Under the pieces are notes generated by a model. It made no database searches. It saw only the letters and a list, made by a program, of their open reading frames with translations, and was not told the origin of the DNA. 64,000 nt of DNA from Candidatus Firestoneibacteriota bacterium. Its GTDB lineage: Bacteria > Oederibacteriota > D2-FULL-39-29 > JBBTED01. Location: the NCBI GenBank assembly GCA_038042445.1, contig JBBTED010000067.1:15309-79308 (forward strand), read 5' to 3'. The position numbers and the translations under genes are program-made. The stretch's first letter is position 1. Each line of letters begins with the position of its first letter. Below are positions 1-9,801 of the stretch, piece after piece.

Positions 1-359
1 TAGGTGATGAATTTAAGTCGAGTATTGGTTCTGAAATGTTGCTGAGAAAACTTGGCAAACAATTACAATTTGATATTTCATCTGGAGGTGTAAGTTCTAT
101 ATATAGTTTTTCAGGTGTACAGGCTCAAAAACAAGATTTTTTTCTGGAAGTAAATACTGAGCTTATTTTATATGGTAAAACTATACCTGATGCTCAGGTT
201 ACAATACAAAGTAAAAAAATAAAACTTAATCCTGATGGTACTTTTAGTATGAGATTTATACTTCCTGATGGAGAACAATTTATTCCTGTTAAGGCAATTT
301 CATTTGATAGAAAAGATGTCCGTGAAATTGTGCCAGTTGTAAAAAAGAAGACAAAATAA
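1..359 (+). CDS. DUF4912-domain protein, C-terminal part (5' truncated by window)
   Basis: Frame is open to the window start; FFLEVNTELILYGKTxPDAxVTI...PDGTFSMRF motif; coupled to a GH57 gene as is typical. Confidence 0.75.
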   Translation, partial: GDEFKSSIGSEMLLRKLGKQLQFDISSGGVSSIYSFSGVQAQKQDFFLEVNTELILYGKTIPDAQVTIQSKKIKLNPDGTFSMRFILPDGEQFIPVKAISFDRKDVREIVPVVKKKTK

Positions 360-1942
360 TGGAAAAAGGTTATCTTTCTTTGGTATTACACGCTCATTTG
401 CCCTATGTTCGGCATCCTGAGTATGAGAGTTTTTTGGAAGAAGACTGGTTTTATGAAGCAATTATAGAGACATATATCCCATTTATCAATTTATTTGATA
501 AACTTGCTTTAGATGGTGTAGATTGGCGTCTTACAATGTCTATAACTCCACCTCTTGCTAATATGTTAATTGATCCATTATTGCAAGAGCGAACAGTTAA
601 ACACATTGAAAGACTTATTGAGCTTGCTGAAAAGGAGGTAATAAGAACTCAGTGGCAAAGTGAATTTAATACTACTGCAAAAATGTATCTGGATAAATTC
701 AAGAATGCGCGTTATGTATTTGTGGAAACATACGGAAAGAATTTAATAAATGCTTTTAAAAAGCATCAGGATTCGGGAAAACTTGAGATAATAACTTGTG
801 CAGCAACTCATGGGTATTTGCCTTTAATGGAGGTAATACCGAATGCAGTAAGAGCTCAAATTAGTATTGCTGTTACTTCTTATACGAGATTATTTGGAAG
901 AAAACCACGTGGTATATGGTTGCCTGAATGTGCATATTATCCTGGTCTTGATGCAATTTTAAAAGAATTTGGTATAAAATTTTTTATACTGGATACACAT
1001 GGAATACTTTATGGATCACCGCGTCCTAAATATGGAATATTTGCTCCTGTTTATTGTCCTACAAAAGTTGCAGCTTTTGGACGTGATTTAGAATCTTCCA
1101 AGCAAGTTTGGAGTTCCAAAGAAGGTTATCCTGGTGATTACTATTATAGAGATTTCTACAGAGATATAGGTTTTGACATGGATTATGAATATATCAAGCC
1201 ATATATACATAAAGATGGAATAAGAGTATATACTGGGATTAAATATTATCGCATAACCGGGAATACAGATTATAAAGAGCCGTATAATCCTCATATAGCT
1301 TTTGAAAAAGCTGCGAGTCATGCAGGTAATTTTCTATTTAATCGTGAAAAACAAGTAGAATATTTAGCAGGTATAATGGATAGAAAACCAATGATACTTG
1401 CTCCTTATGATGCAGAGTTGTTTGGGCATTGGTGGTATGAAGGACCTGAATGGTTGAATTTTTTAATAAGAAAAATTTACTATGACCAGAAGACTATAAA
1501 ATTAATAACACCTTATGAATATTTACAGATGTATCCTAAAAATCAGATTTCTATGCCTTCTGCATCAAGTTGGGGATGGAAAGGGTATCATGAAGTCTGG
1601 CTTAATGGAGCTAATGATTGGGTGTATAGGCATTTGCATAAAACTGCCCAGCGTATGGTGGAATTGGCAAATAGCTATAGAAATACATCGGGTGTATTAC
1701 ATAGGGCATTAAATCAAGCGGCAAGGGAATTATTATTAGCACAATCTTCGGACTGGGCATTTTTAATGAAAACCGGGACCGCATCTGAATATGCTACAAA
1801 GAGAACTATTGAACATATTGCACGATTTGTCCGATTGTATGAAAATATAAAAAATAATTCAATTGACGAAAGGTGGCTTTCTGATATTGAATATAAAGAC
1901 AATATTTTTCCTGAAATAAGTTATGAAGTATATAGGGGATAA
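359..1942 (+). CDS. Glycoside hydrolase family 57 1,4-alpha-glucan branching enzyme (DUF1957 C-terminus)
   Basis: LHAHLPYV, GIWLPEC, PYDAELFGHWWYEG, LLAQSSDWAF motifs. Confidence 0.93.
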   Translation: MEKGYLSLVLHAHLPYVRHPEYESFLEEDWFYEAIIETYIPFINLFDKLALDGVDWRLTMSITPPLANMLIDPLLQERTVKHIERLIELAEKEVIRTQWQSEFNTTAKMYLDKFKNARYVFVETYGKNLINAFKKHQDSGKLEIITCAATHGYLPLMEVIPNAVRAQISIAVTSYTRLFGRKPRGIWLPECAYYPGLDAILKEFGIKFFILDTHGILYGSPRPKYGIFAPVYCPTKVAAFGRDLESSKQVWSSKEGYPGDYYYRDFYRDIGFDMDYEYIKPYIHKDGIRVYTGIKYYRITGNTDYKEPYNPHIAFEKAASHAGNFLFNREKQVEYLAGIMDRKPMILAPYDAELFGHWWYEGPEWLNFLIRKIYYDQKTIKLITPYEYLQMYPKNQISMPSASSWGWKGYHEVWLNGANDWVYRHLHKTAQRMVELANSYRNTSGVLHRALNQAARELLLAQSSDWAFLMKTGTASEYATKRTIEHIARFVRLYENIKNNSIDERWLSDIEYKDNIFPEISYEVYRG

Positions 1943-1960
1943 AACAAAGTGACGCGAAGC

Positions 1961-1985
1961 GTCATCCTGAGCGAAGCGAAGGATC
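1961..1985. repeat. GTCAT-type palindromic repeat (half unit)
   Basis: GTCATCCTGAGCGAAGCGAAGGATC; relatives at 16464, 37930, 38796, 63931. Confidence 0.75.
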
Positions 1986-2005
1986 ACAAAAATAAAGGTG
2001 GAAAA

Positions 2006-2941
2006 ATGTATATAGTGTCCATTGTTATATGTTTGTTAGTAACGAATATTAATTTAGTAAATGCATCTCCTGTAATTACTGATACAGGTGGAATAGTTGC
2101 TGGTAATGGTATTGAAATAAGTGCACATAGTTTTTATACAGAGTATAAAAAGAAACATAGTTTGGATGGTAGTTCAGACAATCTTTCTGCAAATGAGTCA
2201 CGGATAGCAACCGATGTTCCTGTATCTTTAAAATTCCTGTTATATGAAAATACAGAAATGGATTTTAAATGGACTTACTTAATGTTAAAACATACAAAAA
2301 GTGATGGAACGCAATTAACTGCAAATGCATTTGGTGATTTAACTGTATGGGCAAAGTCGCAGTTTGTTTCAAATCCTTCGCCACTTGCAAATATGTCTTT
2401 AGGTGTTGGAGTAAAAGTTCCTACAGGAAAAAGTATATTTAATGTAGGCCCGAATGAGCTTTCTGTGGGTTCCGGGACATGGGATCTTCTGTTTGGATGG
2501 TTTTCTACAGAAGCACATGGTCCAATTATGCTTCATGGTAATATAAAATATGCAATTCGTTTTAATCTAAATGCAAATAAAATAAACAATGTTTCATTAG
2601 ACGAAATAAAAGTTGTTCCCGGAAATATTCTTTTCTACGATTTTGCTGCAGAATTACCATTTTCAAGTAAAATTGTGTTACTTGCAGAAGTAAATGGAAG
2701 AATTATTTATTCTGGGTCTGCAAGTTATACTGGCCATGATGGAGATGCTACCTCTAATGTGGATACAATGGCACAACCGCAGTATTATCTTCAACGCAGC
2801 CATACTGTATTCTTGACTACTGGTGTTGAATATACATTTTCAGGATTTATAAACATAAACGTTGGCACACAAGTACCAATTTATGTATCTTCTGAGTATT
2901 CGGGTGTTACTTATTTCGCTGGTATAAAACTTAGAATATGA
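2006..2941 (+). CDS. Outer-membrane beta-barrel, COG4313/MetA-pathway-like transporter
   Basis: Signal peptide; FGDLTVWAK, GVKVPTGK, GSGTWD motifs; ATG 2006 has RBS AAGGTGG (the longer GTG start lies in a repeat). Confidence 0.6.
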   Translation: MYIVSIVICLLVTNINLVNASPVITDTGGIVAGNGIEISAHSFYTEYKKKHSLDGSSDNLSANESRIATDVPVSLKFLLYENTEMDFKWTYLMLKHTKSDGTQLTANAFGDLTVWAKSQFVSNPSPLANMSLGVGVKVPTGKSIFNVGPNELSVGSGTWDLLFGWFSTEAHGPIMLHGNIKYAIRFNLNANKINNVSLDEIKVVPGNILFYDFAAELPFSSKIVLLAEVNGRIIYSGSASYTGHDGDATSNVDTMAQPQYYLQRSHTVFLTTGVEYTFSGFININVGTQVPIYVSSEYSGVTYFAGIKLRI

Positions 2942-2982
2942 AGCTTGTTAGGTTTCGTGAGTGAAAAAAACTGTTAAAAAGC

Positions 2983-3010
2983 TTGACAAAAATATAATAT
3001 TTAATATAAT
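2983..3010 (+). promoter_or_regulatory. sigma70-type promoter of the rho operon
   Basis: TTGACA(2983)-16 nt-TATAAT(3005). Confidence 0.7.
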
Positions 3011-3163
3011 CTTAAATTATAAAAGCCTGTCAGTATTTGAAGTCAATCTGAGGATATTTTTCAGTTATCCAATTTAAATGATATGTAAGGGTAGCAAAAT
3101 TATCTTTTTTAATTAGGGGAGATTTCTAATTATTAATTAATTTTATGTGAGGTGATTTATAGA

Positions 3164-4429
3164 ATGGCAAATTTAAATGTAGAAGAGTTAAAAAAGAAGA
3201 AAATGACAGAGTTAGCACAGATGGCAAAGAGCTTGAATTTAGATGATATAAACGGATTGAAGAAACAAGAACTTATATTTAAAATACTCCAAACCCAAAG
3301 CCAGGCAGATCGTGATGGATTGGTTTTTGTTGAAGGAGTATTAGAAGTTTTGCCAGATGGGTTTGGATTTTTAAGGTCTCCAAACTATAATTATCTTCCA
3401 GGCCCTGATGATATTTATATATCTCCTTCTCAGATAAAAAAGTTTTTTTTGAGAACAGGTGATTTTATTCAGGGTCAGGCAAGGCCTCCTAAAGAGCAAG
3501 AAAGATATTTTGCACTTTTAAGGATAGAAGCTGTTAATCGTGAAAATCCTGAGTTGACACGTGGTAAAATACTGTTCGATAATTTAATACCACTTTATCC
3601 ATCTAAAAAGATTAACCTTGAACGTGATTACAAGGATATTTCTACACGAATTATTGATTTGTTTGTGCCTATAGGAAAAGGTCAACGTGGATTAATAGTT
3701 TCACCGCCGCGAGCAGGTAAAACAATATTGCTTCAGAAAATTGCAAATAGCATTACTGTAAATCATCCGGAAATAGTTCCGATTATACTGCTTATTGATG
3801 AAAGGCCAGAGGAAGTTACAGATATGGAACGTTCTGTAAAAGCAGAAGTTATAAGTTCTACTTTTGATGAGCCACCAGATAGGCATGTACAGGTTGCAGA
3901 AGTTGTTTTGGAAAAGGCAAAAAGATTGGTTGAATCTAAAAAAGATGTTGTAATTTTATTGGATAGTTTAACCAGATTAGCTAGAGCACATAATTCTATA
4001 ATTCCTCCAAGTGGAAAAGTTCTTTCAGGCGGAGTTGATTCTAATGCTTTACAAAGACCAAAGAGATTTTTTGGTGCAGCTAGAGATACAGAAGAAGGAG
4101 GGAGTTTAACCATAATTGCTACTGCTTTAATTGATACAGGTAGTAGAATGGATGATGTAATATTTGAAGAATTTAAAGGGACAGGAAATTTAGAAATGGT
4201 GTTGGACAGGGATATGGTTCACAGAAGAATTTTTCCTGCTATAGATATTAACAAGTCAGGTACACGCAAAGAAGAACTTTTACTTAGCGAGGAAGAATTG
4301 CAAAAAATATGGATATTGCGTAAACTATGGAATACAATGAGTCAGATAGAAGCTATGGAACTTCTTATTGATAGAATGAAAAAAACCAAAACCAATAAGG
4401 AATTTCTTGCTTCAATGAATCAATTGTAA
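3164..4429 (+). CDS. rho: Transcription termination factor Rho
   Basis: GFGFLR RNA-binding motif, [18 protein letters not shown]-loop, [17 protein letters not shown]. Confidence 0.98.
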   Translation: MANLNVEELKKKKMTELAQMAKSLNLDDINGLKKQELIFKILQTQSQADRDGLVFVEGVLEVLPDGFGFLRSPNYNYLPGPDDIYISPSQIKKFFLRTGDFIQGQARPPKEQERYFALLRIEAVNRENPELTRGKILFDNLIPLYPSKKINLERDYKDISTRIIDLFVPIGKGQRGLIVSPPRAGKTILLQKIANSITVNHPEIVPIILLIDERPEEVTDMERSVKAEVISSTFDEPPDRHVQVAEVVLEKAKRLVESKKDVVILLDSLTRLARAHNSIIPPSGKVLSGGVDSNALQRPKRFFGAARDTEEGGSLTIIATALIDTGSRMDDVIFEEFKGTGNLEMVLDRDMVHRRIFPAIDINKSGTRKEELLLSEEELQKIWILRKLWNTMSQIEAMELLIDRMKKTKTNKEFLASMNQL

Positions 4430-4446
4430 AAGTGAGGTGAAAAAAA

Positions 4447-4650
4447 ATGAGACCTAAAATACATCCTAAATATCAGGAAACAACTATTACCTGTGTGTGT
4501 GGTGAAGTTATAAATGTACGATCCACTAAGCAAAATTTACGTGTTGAAATATGCTCAAAATGTCATCCGTTTTTTACAGGTAAGCAAAGATTTGTTGATA
4601 CAGCAGGAAGAGTAGAGAAATTTAAACGAAGATATGAACAAAAGTCTTGA
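4447..4650 (+). CDS. rpmE: 50S ribosomal protein L31 (Zn-binding type)
   Basis: IHPKY, Cx[17 protein letters not shown]. Confidence 0.97.
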   Translation: MRPKIHPKYQETTITCVCGEVINVRSTKQNLRVEICSKCHPFFTGKQRFVDTAGRVEKFKRRYEQKS

Positions 4651-5704
4651 AGATAGACTCGTACAAATAGAGTCAGAGTGTAAAGATTTGGAAAAGAGAC
4701 TTTCTGATTCCGCATTATTTTCTGCAAAAGAGGAATTTCAAAAATGCACAAAGCAATATTCCATTCTTATTCCAATACAGAGAAAGTTCAATGCTTATAA
4801 AAAGGTAAAAAATGACATTGAAGTTGTAACGCCATTGCTTTTGGATAGCGATCAGTCTATTCAGGAACTCGCAAAAGCTGAACTGGAAATATTTGAGAAC
4901 AGGAAGCGTGAGTTTGAGGAAGAATTGTATAAGGCAGTGTTTCCTGAAGAAAAAAACTCGGACAAAAACATAATTATAGAAATTAGGGCTGGTACTGGTG
5001 GCACAGAAGCTTCGATTTTTGCTGCAGATTTATTTAGAATGTATACAAAATATGCAGAGTCAAAAAATTTAAAAATAGAAGTTATGGATTCTCATCCTTC
5101 TACTCTTGGTGGGTATAAGGATATTATTTTTTCTATAATAGGTAAGACTGCAGCTGGGTTGTTTAAATATGAGTCAGGAGTGCATAGAGTACAAAGAGTT
5201 CCTGTAACTGAAGCAAGCGGCAGAATACATACTTCAACTGCTACAGTTGTAGTATTGCCTGAACCAGAAGAAGTAGAATTGGTTATAAATGCAGAAGATT
5301 TGAGAGTTGATACTTTTTGTTCTTCAGGACCTGGTGGACAAAGTGTAAATACTACTTATTCAGCAATTAGAATTACACATATTCCAACTGGCGTGGTTGT
5401 TCAGTGTCAGGAAGAAAGATCGCAGATAAAAAACAGGGCAAAAGCAATGCGTGTTTTGCGTGCTAGATTAGTAAAGAAAAATCAGGAAGACCAACAAAAA
5501 GAAATGTCGGCAGAGCGTAAAATTCAGATTGGTACAGGTGATAGGAGCGAAAAAGTCAGAACATATAATTTTCCTCAAAACAGAATTACTGATCATCGTG
5601 CAGGTTTGTCTTTATATAATCTTGAAGTGATAGTTAATGGTGAGCTTGACGAATTAATACAGGGATTAATAGCTGCAGAAAATAAGGAATCAGTTTCAAA
5701 TTAA
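4634..5704 (+). CDS. prfA: Peptide chain release factor 1
   Basis: GGQ motif, PVT anticodon-mimic motif (RVPVTE), RTYNFPQNR. Confidence 0.97.
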   Translation: MNKSLEDRLVQIESECKDLEKRLSDSALFSAKEEFQKCTKQYSILIPIQRKFNAYKKVKNDIEVVTPLLLDSDQSIQELAKAELEIFENRKREFEEELYKAVFPEEKNSDKNIIIEIRAGTGGTEASIFAADLFRMYTKYAESKNLKIEVMDSHPSTLGGYKDIIFSIIGKTAAGLFKYESGVHRVQRVPVTEASGRIHTSTATVVVLPEPEEVELVINAEDLRVDTFCSSGPGGQSVNTTYSAIRITHIPTGVVVQCQEERSQIKNRAKAMRVLRARLVKKNQEDQQKEMSAERKIQIGTGDRSEKVRTYNFPQNRITDHRAGLSLYNLEVIVNGELDELIQGLIAAENKESVSN

Positions 5705-5752
5705 AATGTCATTCCCGCATGTATTAATAGGTCAGGCATCTTGCCTGACAAA
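5704..5752. repeat. Composite repeat (GTCATTCCCGC half + ATAGGTCAGGCATCTTGCCTGAC hairpin)
   Basis: Near copy at 32465-32516; hairpin part also at 29372. Confidence 0.75.
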
Positions 5753-5766
5753 CAACTATAAAATCA

Positions 5767-6618
5767 ATGACAATAAAAGATGCTATTACTTTTGGAACAA
5801 AGGTTTTAGAATCTATTAATATAGAAAATGCCAGATTTGAATCAGAAATAATTTTAGCTCATATTCTAAATATAAAACGGTATAACTTATATTTAAATTT
5901 TGCACAAGAACTTTCAAAACTCCAATCAAAAAATTATTCTTCTTATATAAATAAACGTAAAAAGCATATTCCACTTCAATATTTACTTAAATCTCAGGAA
6001 TTTATGGATGTGAAATTGTATATTGATAAAGGAGTTCTTATACCACGGCCAGAAACAGAGATTTTAGTAGAAAAATTTATAGAACTTGTTAAGAATAAAT
6101 CAAAAAAAATAAAAATTTTAGATATAGGAACAGGTAGTGGAAATATTGCAATTATGTTAGCGTTGAACTTAAACTGTGTTGTGTATGCAGCAGATATTTC
6201 TGTTGATGCTTTGAAAATAGCTAAATATAATGCAAAACAATATAAAGTTAGCGATAAAATTAAGTTTATACAAGCAGATATTTTGAATTTATTACCAACA
6301 TTTTGTGATTTTGACGCTGTTATTTCAAATCCTCCATACATAAAATCAGATGATATTGATAAATTGTCTGATGAGGTTTCAAAATACGAACCAAGAATTG
6401 CTTTAGATGGTGGTAAAGATGGATTATTATTTTATAAAAGTATTTTAAGTAAAATAAAAAAAATACTTAAGCCAAATGGTATTATTGCATTTGAAATAGG
6501 AATGGGACAAAAAAAACATCTTTTGCAAATATTAAATCAATTAGGCAATTTTACGGATATAAAGTTTATAAAAGATTATCAGAGCATAGACCGTGTAGTA
6601 TTTGCAAGGATGATTTGA
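5767..6618 (+). CDS. prmC: Release factor glutamine N5-methyltransferase
   Basis: LIPRPETE, DIGTGSG, SNPPY; follows prfA. Confidence 0.96.
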   Translation: MTIKDAITFGTKVLESINIENARFESEIILAHILNIKRYNLYLNFAQELSKLQSKNYSSYINKRKKHIPLQYLLKSQEFMDVKLYIDKGVLIPRPETEILVEKFIELVKNKSKKIKILDIGTGSGNIAIMLALNLNCVVYAADISVDALKIAKYNAKQYKVSDKIKFIQADILNLLPTFCDFDAVISNPPYIKSDDIDKLSDEVSKYEPRIALDGGKDGLLFYKSILSKIKKILKPNGIIAFEIGMGQKKHLLQILNQLGNFTDIKFIKDYQSIDRVVFARMI

Positions 6619-6626
6619 ATTGTATC

Positions 6627-6655
6627 TTGACAAAATCTTTTGGTTTTTATATCAT
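6627..6655 (+). promoter_or_regulatory. Promoter of the toxin-antitoxin pair
   Basis: TTGACA-17 nt-TATCAT. Confidence 0.6.
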
Positions 6656-6674
6656 TATAATAGGGGTGATATAT

Positions 6675-6872
6675 ATGTCGTCAAGTACACTTTCATTATT
6701 AGATGTTGAACGAGCAATCAAAAAATTTGAACCGGAAAAGCAAAGAAAATTACTTGTAAAACTTCCTTCACTTTTAAAAATAAAAGTAGAAAATTTAGAG
6801 CTTTTAAAACTTGCAGAAGAATCTTTTGAATTTTGGAAAAATCCCGAAGATAAAATCTATGACACTCTTTAA
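6675..6872 (+). CDS. Putative antitoxin
   Basis: 65 aa, RBS GGGGTGA, C-terminal AEESFEFWxNPEDxIYD, overlaps toxin gene. Confidence 0.7.
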   Translation: MSSSTLSLLDVERAIKKFEPEKQRKLLVKLPSLLKIKVENLELLKLAEESFEFWKNPEDKIYDTL

Positions 6873-7206
6873 TAGCGGGGATGTTGTATTAATAGGTTTT
6901 CCATTTACTGATTTGTCAGGTTCAAAGCAAAGGCCTGGTGTAATAATTTCATCAAAATTATATAATGAAAAAGGAATAGATGTTATTATTGCTGCTATTA
7001 CTTCACAGATTCAGGACAAAATAGAAAATGATGAATATTGTCTTACAGAAAAAGAGCAAAAGATTGCAGGATTACCAAAAAAGTCTATTATAAAAGTTGG
7101 CAAGATAATAACTATTGATCAACGATTAATTAGAAAGAAGCTGGGATATTTAACATCAGAAACATTAGCAAATATTAGAAATATCCTACTAAAAATTCAT
7201 ATATAA
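6859..7206 (+). CDS. mazF: PemK/MazF family toxin
   Basis: GDVVLIGFPFTD..GSKQRPGVIIS, AITS, GLPKKS motifs. Confidence 0.88.
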   Translation: MTLFNSGDVVLIGFPFTDLSGSKQRPGVIISSKLYNEKGIDVIIAAITSQIQDKIENDEYCLTEKEQKIAGLPKKSIIKVGKIITIDQRLIRKKLGYLTSETLANIRNILLKIHI

Positions 7207-7246
7207 AATAACGTAATAGACTTAGCTGTAACAATCATTTCTGTCA

Positions 7247-7597
7247 TCAATATTTGGATTTTTTCTTGAATACTTGTGAAAGAATATTAAAAGCCACTTT
7301 TTTATCTTCTACACTTTTTGCTCTGATGATATTGCTGATTTTATTTATATATGGGTCTACTTTGTAAATTACTACTGGCTTGTGAAATGCAAATAAATTA
7401 CTTAAAGAAATAGTCAGTGCTTCACAAATTCTTACCAGTGTTTCTATAGATGGAACATTTTTGCCTCTTTCAATCTGGGACAAATAACTCCAGTCTCTTT
7501 GTGTTTTCTCTGCAAGCTGTTCTAATGTCATACCCCTTTTATTTCTTTCGTTTCTGATGATTTTACCAATATATTTATAGATTTCAGTTGTTTCCAT
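7247..7597 (-). CDS. XRE-family HTH transcriptional regulator
   Basis: GMTLEQLAE...YLSQIERG..PSIETL; RBS AAGGAG. Confidence 0.9.
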   Translation of the reverse strand: METTEIYKYIGKIIRNERNKRGMTLEQLAEKTQRDWSYLSQIERGKNVPSIETLVRICEALTISLSNLFAFHKPVVIYKVDPYINKISNIIRAKSVEDKKVAFNILSQVFKKKSKY

Positions 7598-7679
7598 TGT
7601 TTCTCCTTTGGATTTTCAATATACCGTTAATACGACCAAAAGTGTATAATCTATAAGCACACCATTAGCAAAATACACA

Positions 7680-7708
7680 TTGACTATATACCCAAAATAT
7701 GGCATACT
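7680..7708 (+). promoter_or_regulatory. Promoter divergent from the first XRE gene
   Basis: TTGACT-17 nt-CATACT. Confidence 0.45.
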
Positions 7709-7772
7709 ATAATATAGAAAGATAAAGTTCAATTGTAACGAAATAGGTTATTGGTTCTATGTAAGGTTTTAT

Positions 7773-7862
7773 GTAGGGCAAGGCTTTAGCCTTGCGGATG
7801 CAGGCGGATGCAAACTTTGCTTAAACACGTGTCATTCCCGCGTGTAATAAGCGGGAATCCAG
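7773..7862. repeat. GTAG-type REP (7773-7796) plus GTCATTCCCGC-type palindrome (7831-7862)
   Basis: GTAGGGCAAGGCTTTAGCCTTGCG; GTCATTCCCGC...GCGGGAATCCAG. Confidence 0.8.
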
Positions 7863-7936
7863 TGTCTATTGTTGTATTACAAGTGAAACTGGGTTTAATG
7901 GTGGCTACTAAAAATGAAAGAAAATATGCAGAAATT

Positions 7937-8269
7937 TTATGTGAAAATTATTTTTGCAATTTTTATTAGTATGTCAATTTGTTTTGATGTTCTATTTTTG
8001 ATAACATTGAAAAGCTCTCTGTGTTTTCTATCTTTACTTTTCCATTTGCTTTCTTCAACGAACAAGTCAACAAGTGAAACATTTAAAGCATCTGCAATTT
8101 TCTGTAAAGTCTCCAAGGAGGGACCTTTTGCACCTCTTTCAATGAGGCCAATATAACTGTTATGCAAATTACTTTTTTCAGAAAGCTTTTCTTGTGTCAA
8201 ATTTTGTTCAGTTCTCAAGCATTTTATTCTATTCCCAAGCAATTTATAAAGCTCATTAAATTCGTTCAT
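7937..8269 (-). CDS. XRE-family HTH transcriptional regulator
   Basis: LTQEKLSE...YIGLIERG..PSLETL. Confidence 0.9.
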   Translation of the reverse strand: MNEFNELYKLLGNRIKCLRTEQNLTQEKLSEKSNLHNSYIGLIERGAKGPSLETLQKIADALNVSLVDLFVEESKWKSKDRKHRELFNVIKNRTSKQIDILIKIAKIIFT

Positions 8270-8376
8270 TTAGAGAATAAGTCTACATCAAAACCCACTA
8301 AAAGTGAAGTAACCCACAGTATTATTTTTATTGACTGTAGGTATTGTTTTATGTAATTATATTTATGGTAACACTG

Positions 8377-8399
8377 GTAGCCGCAGGCTTTAGCCTGCG
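8377..8399 (+). repeat. GTAG-type REP
   Basis: GTAGCCGCAGGCTTTAGCCTGCG; copies at 13535 (reverse), 33596, 43199. Confidence 0.85.
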
Positions 8400-8429
8400 T
8401 ATCTAGTAGAAACAAGGATGTGAAAATTT

Positions 8430-8777
8430 ATGAACTTGAGGCAAGGTGAAATTAAACAAATTGAAAGTGATATTAATCTCCAAAAAAGTAACGGTTGGAG
8501 TTCATTAGCGAGTTTTATGTATGCAGCAAGTAAATATCTGAATCGTATTGGTATGCAGATTAATAAGGATAATTTATATGACTTAAATATTGCTTGCCAT
8601 AGACAGTTAGGAATAACACAATATGCTAAAAATTCTATAATGCCATCAGATTATGCTTTTCCTAAATATGGTTTAGGAAAAGGTAAAACAGGCAAGAACA
8701 CAAAAAAATACCCAAAATTTTTGGAGAAAATTGATGGCAAAAAAGGTAAGAATTTTGAACTTGACTATTCCCTATAG
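8430..8777 (+). CDS. Hypothetical protein, probably 3'-truncated by a repeat element
   Basis: RBS AAGGA; stop codon lies inside the hairpin at 8770-8789. Confidence 0.5.
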   Translation: MNLRQGEIKQIESDINLQKSNGWSSLASFMYAASKYLNRIGMQINKDNLYDLNIACHRQLGITQYAKNSIMPSDYAFPKYGLGKGKTGKNTKKYPKFLEKIDGKKGKNFELDYSL

Positions 8778-8954
8778 CTTGCTACAGGGTTACAATATTT
8801 TGTCATGCCCGAATGTAGTAATCGGGCATCCAGAGTCTTGTTTTATCAATGTTTTAAAGACACTGGATTCCCGATAGAAACATTCGGGAATGACGGTATT
8901 ACTTAAGTATTTTTTAGTTTTTGGATACCCCGTAGCTTGCTACGGGGAGGTTCA
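8756..8954. mobile_element. Non-autonomous composite element: paired GCTTGC-loop hairpins enclosing a 93-bp palindromic doublet
   Basis: CCCTATAGCTTGCTACAGGG (8770) and CCCCGTAGCTTGCTACGGGG (8928); inner unit 8802-8894 has a reverse copy at 47332. Confidence 0.6.
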
Positions 8955-9054
8955 TTTTATATGATAATAAAACAAAATGTTATTTTAAAATTCGGGGTAA
9001 GTTCAGTGTCCCACGAATTATAAATGTAAAGATGCAACATTTGAAGCAAGTGAT

Positions 9055-9693
9055 ATGGCAGAACAATTAAAAAGTGAAATAGGAAAAGGTTTTGAAGATG
9101 TATTTATGAAAAAAAGTCTAAAAATTTTTGGGTTTATTCTTGGTGGCATTGTAGGTATTATATTTACCAAACTTTTTTTATTGAAGTCCTATGAAGATGA
9201 AAAAAAGAATGAGAAATTGACAGAGAAAGAAGAAGAAAAAAAGTTACATCAATTAGATGATTACTATGATGATTATATTCGAAGAAGAGATGAATTTAAT
9301 AAAATTAGATCAGATACTATGGATTCGGTTGATAAAATAATATTGACTTTATCAACTGGTACATTAGTTCTATCAATTACATTTTTAGATAAAATTGGAA
9401 AACCTATCAATTATTCTTTTATTTTAGTATGTTCATGGTGTTTTTTAATGGTTTCTCTCTTACTAAATATTCTTAGTTTTATATTTGCAAGAATAAATAT
9501 AGAAAACAAAATTCAGGATTTGGATGATAAATACGAAGAACGTAAAGAAGATAAGAAATATTTTGTTGAAAAAAACTTTATTTGGGAAAAGTGGACTGAT
9601 TTTTGTAATTATTTTGCTTTATTTTCATTTCTTATAGGTATTATTAGTTTTTTTATTTATGCATTAATAATTATATTTGATAATTGTAAATAG
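9055..9693 (+). CDS. Hypothetical membrane protein (about 4 hydrophobic segments)
   Basis: ORF with DKIILTLSTGTLVLSITF and further TM segments; start uncertain. Confidence 0.6.
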   Translation: MAEQLKSEIGKGFEDVFMKKSLKIFGFILGGIVGIIFTKLFLLKSYEDEKKNEKLTEKEEEKKLHQLDDYYDDYIRRRDEFNKIRSDTMDSVDKIILTLSTGTLVLSITFLDKIGKPINYSFILVCSWCFLMVSLLLNILSFIFARINIENKIQDLDDKYEERKEDKKYFVEKNFIWEKWTDFCNYFALFSFLIGIISFFIYALIIIFDNCK

Positions 9694-9707
9694 AATGGAG
9701 GTGCATT

Positions 9708-9764
9708 ATGGCCAGTAAAAAAACAGGTGGGAAAACACCATCTAAACCACCTAAAAAGAAATAA
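9708..9764 (+). CDS. Putative 18-aa basic micropeptide MASKKTGGKTPSKPPKKK
   Basis: Strong RBS GGAGGTG directly upstream of ATG. Confidence 0.5.
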   Translation: MASKKTGGKTPSKPPKKK

Positions 9765-9801
9765 AATTTTTATATGTTTATGAATTAGGAGATATAAAAT
9801 T

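Noticed and set aside
1949..2005. N-terminal extension MTRSVILSEAKD of the beta-barrel ORF
   Set aside because: Repeat-derived; a better RBS and signal peptide start at 2006, so it was not counted as a translated repeat.
3015..3150. Possible riboswitch in the rho leader
   Set aside because: Only weak AT-rich hairpins and no recognisable aptamer consensus.
7914..8156. Plus-strand 80-aa hydrophobic ORF
   Set aside because: Antisense to a clear XRE regulator gene.
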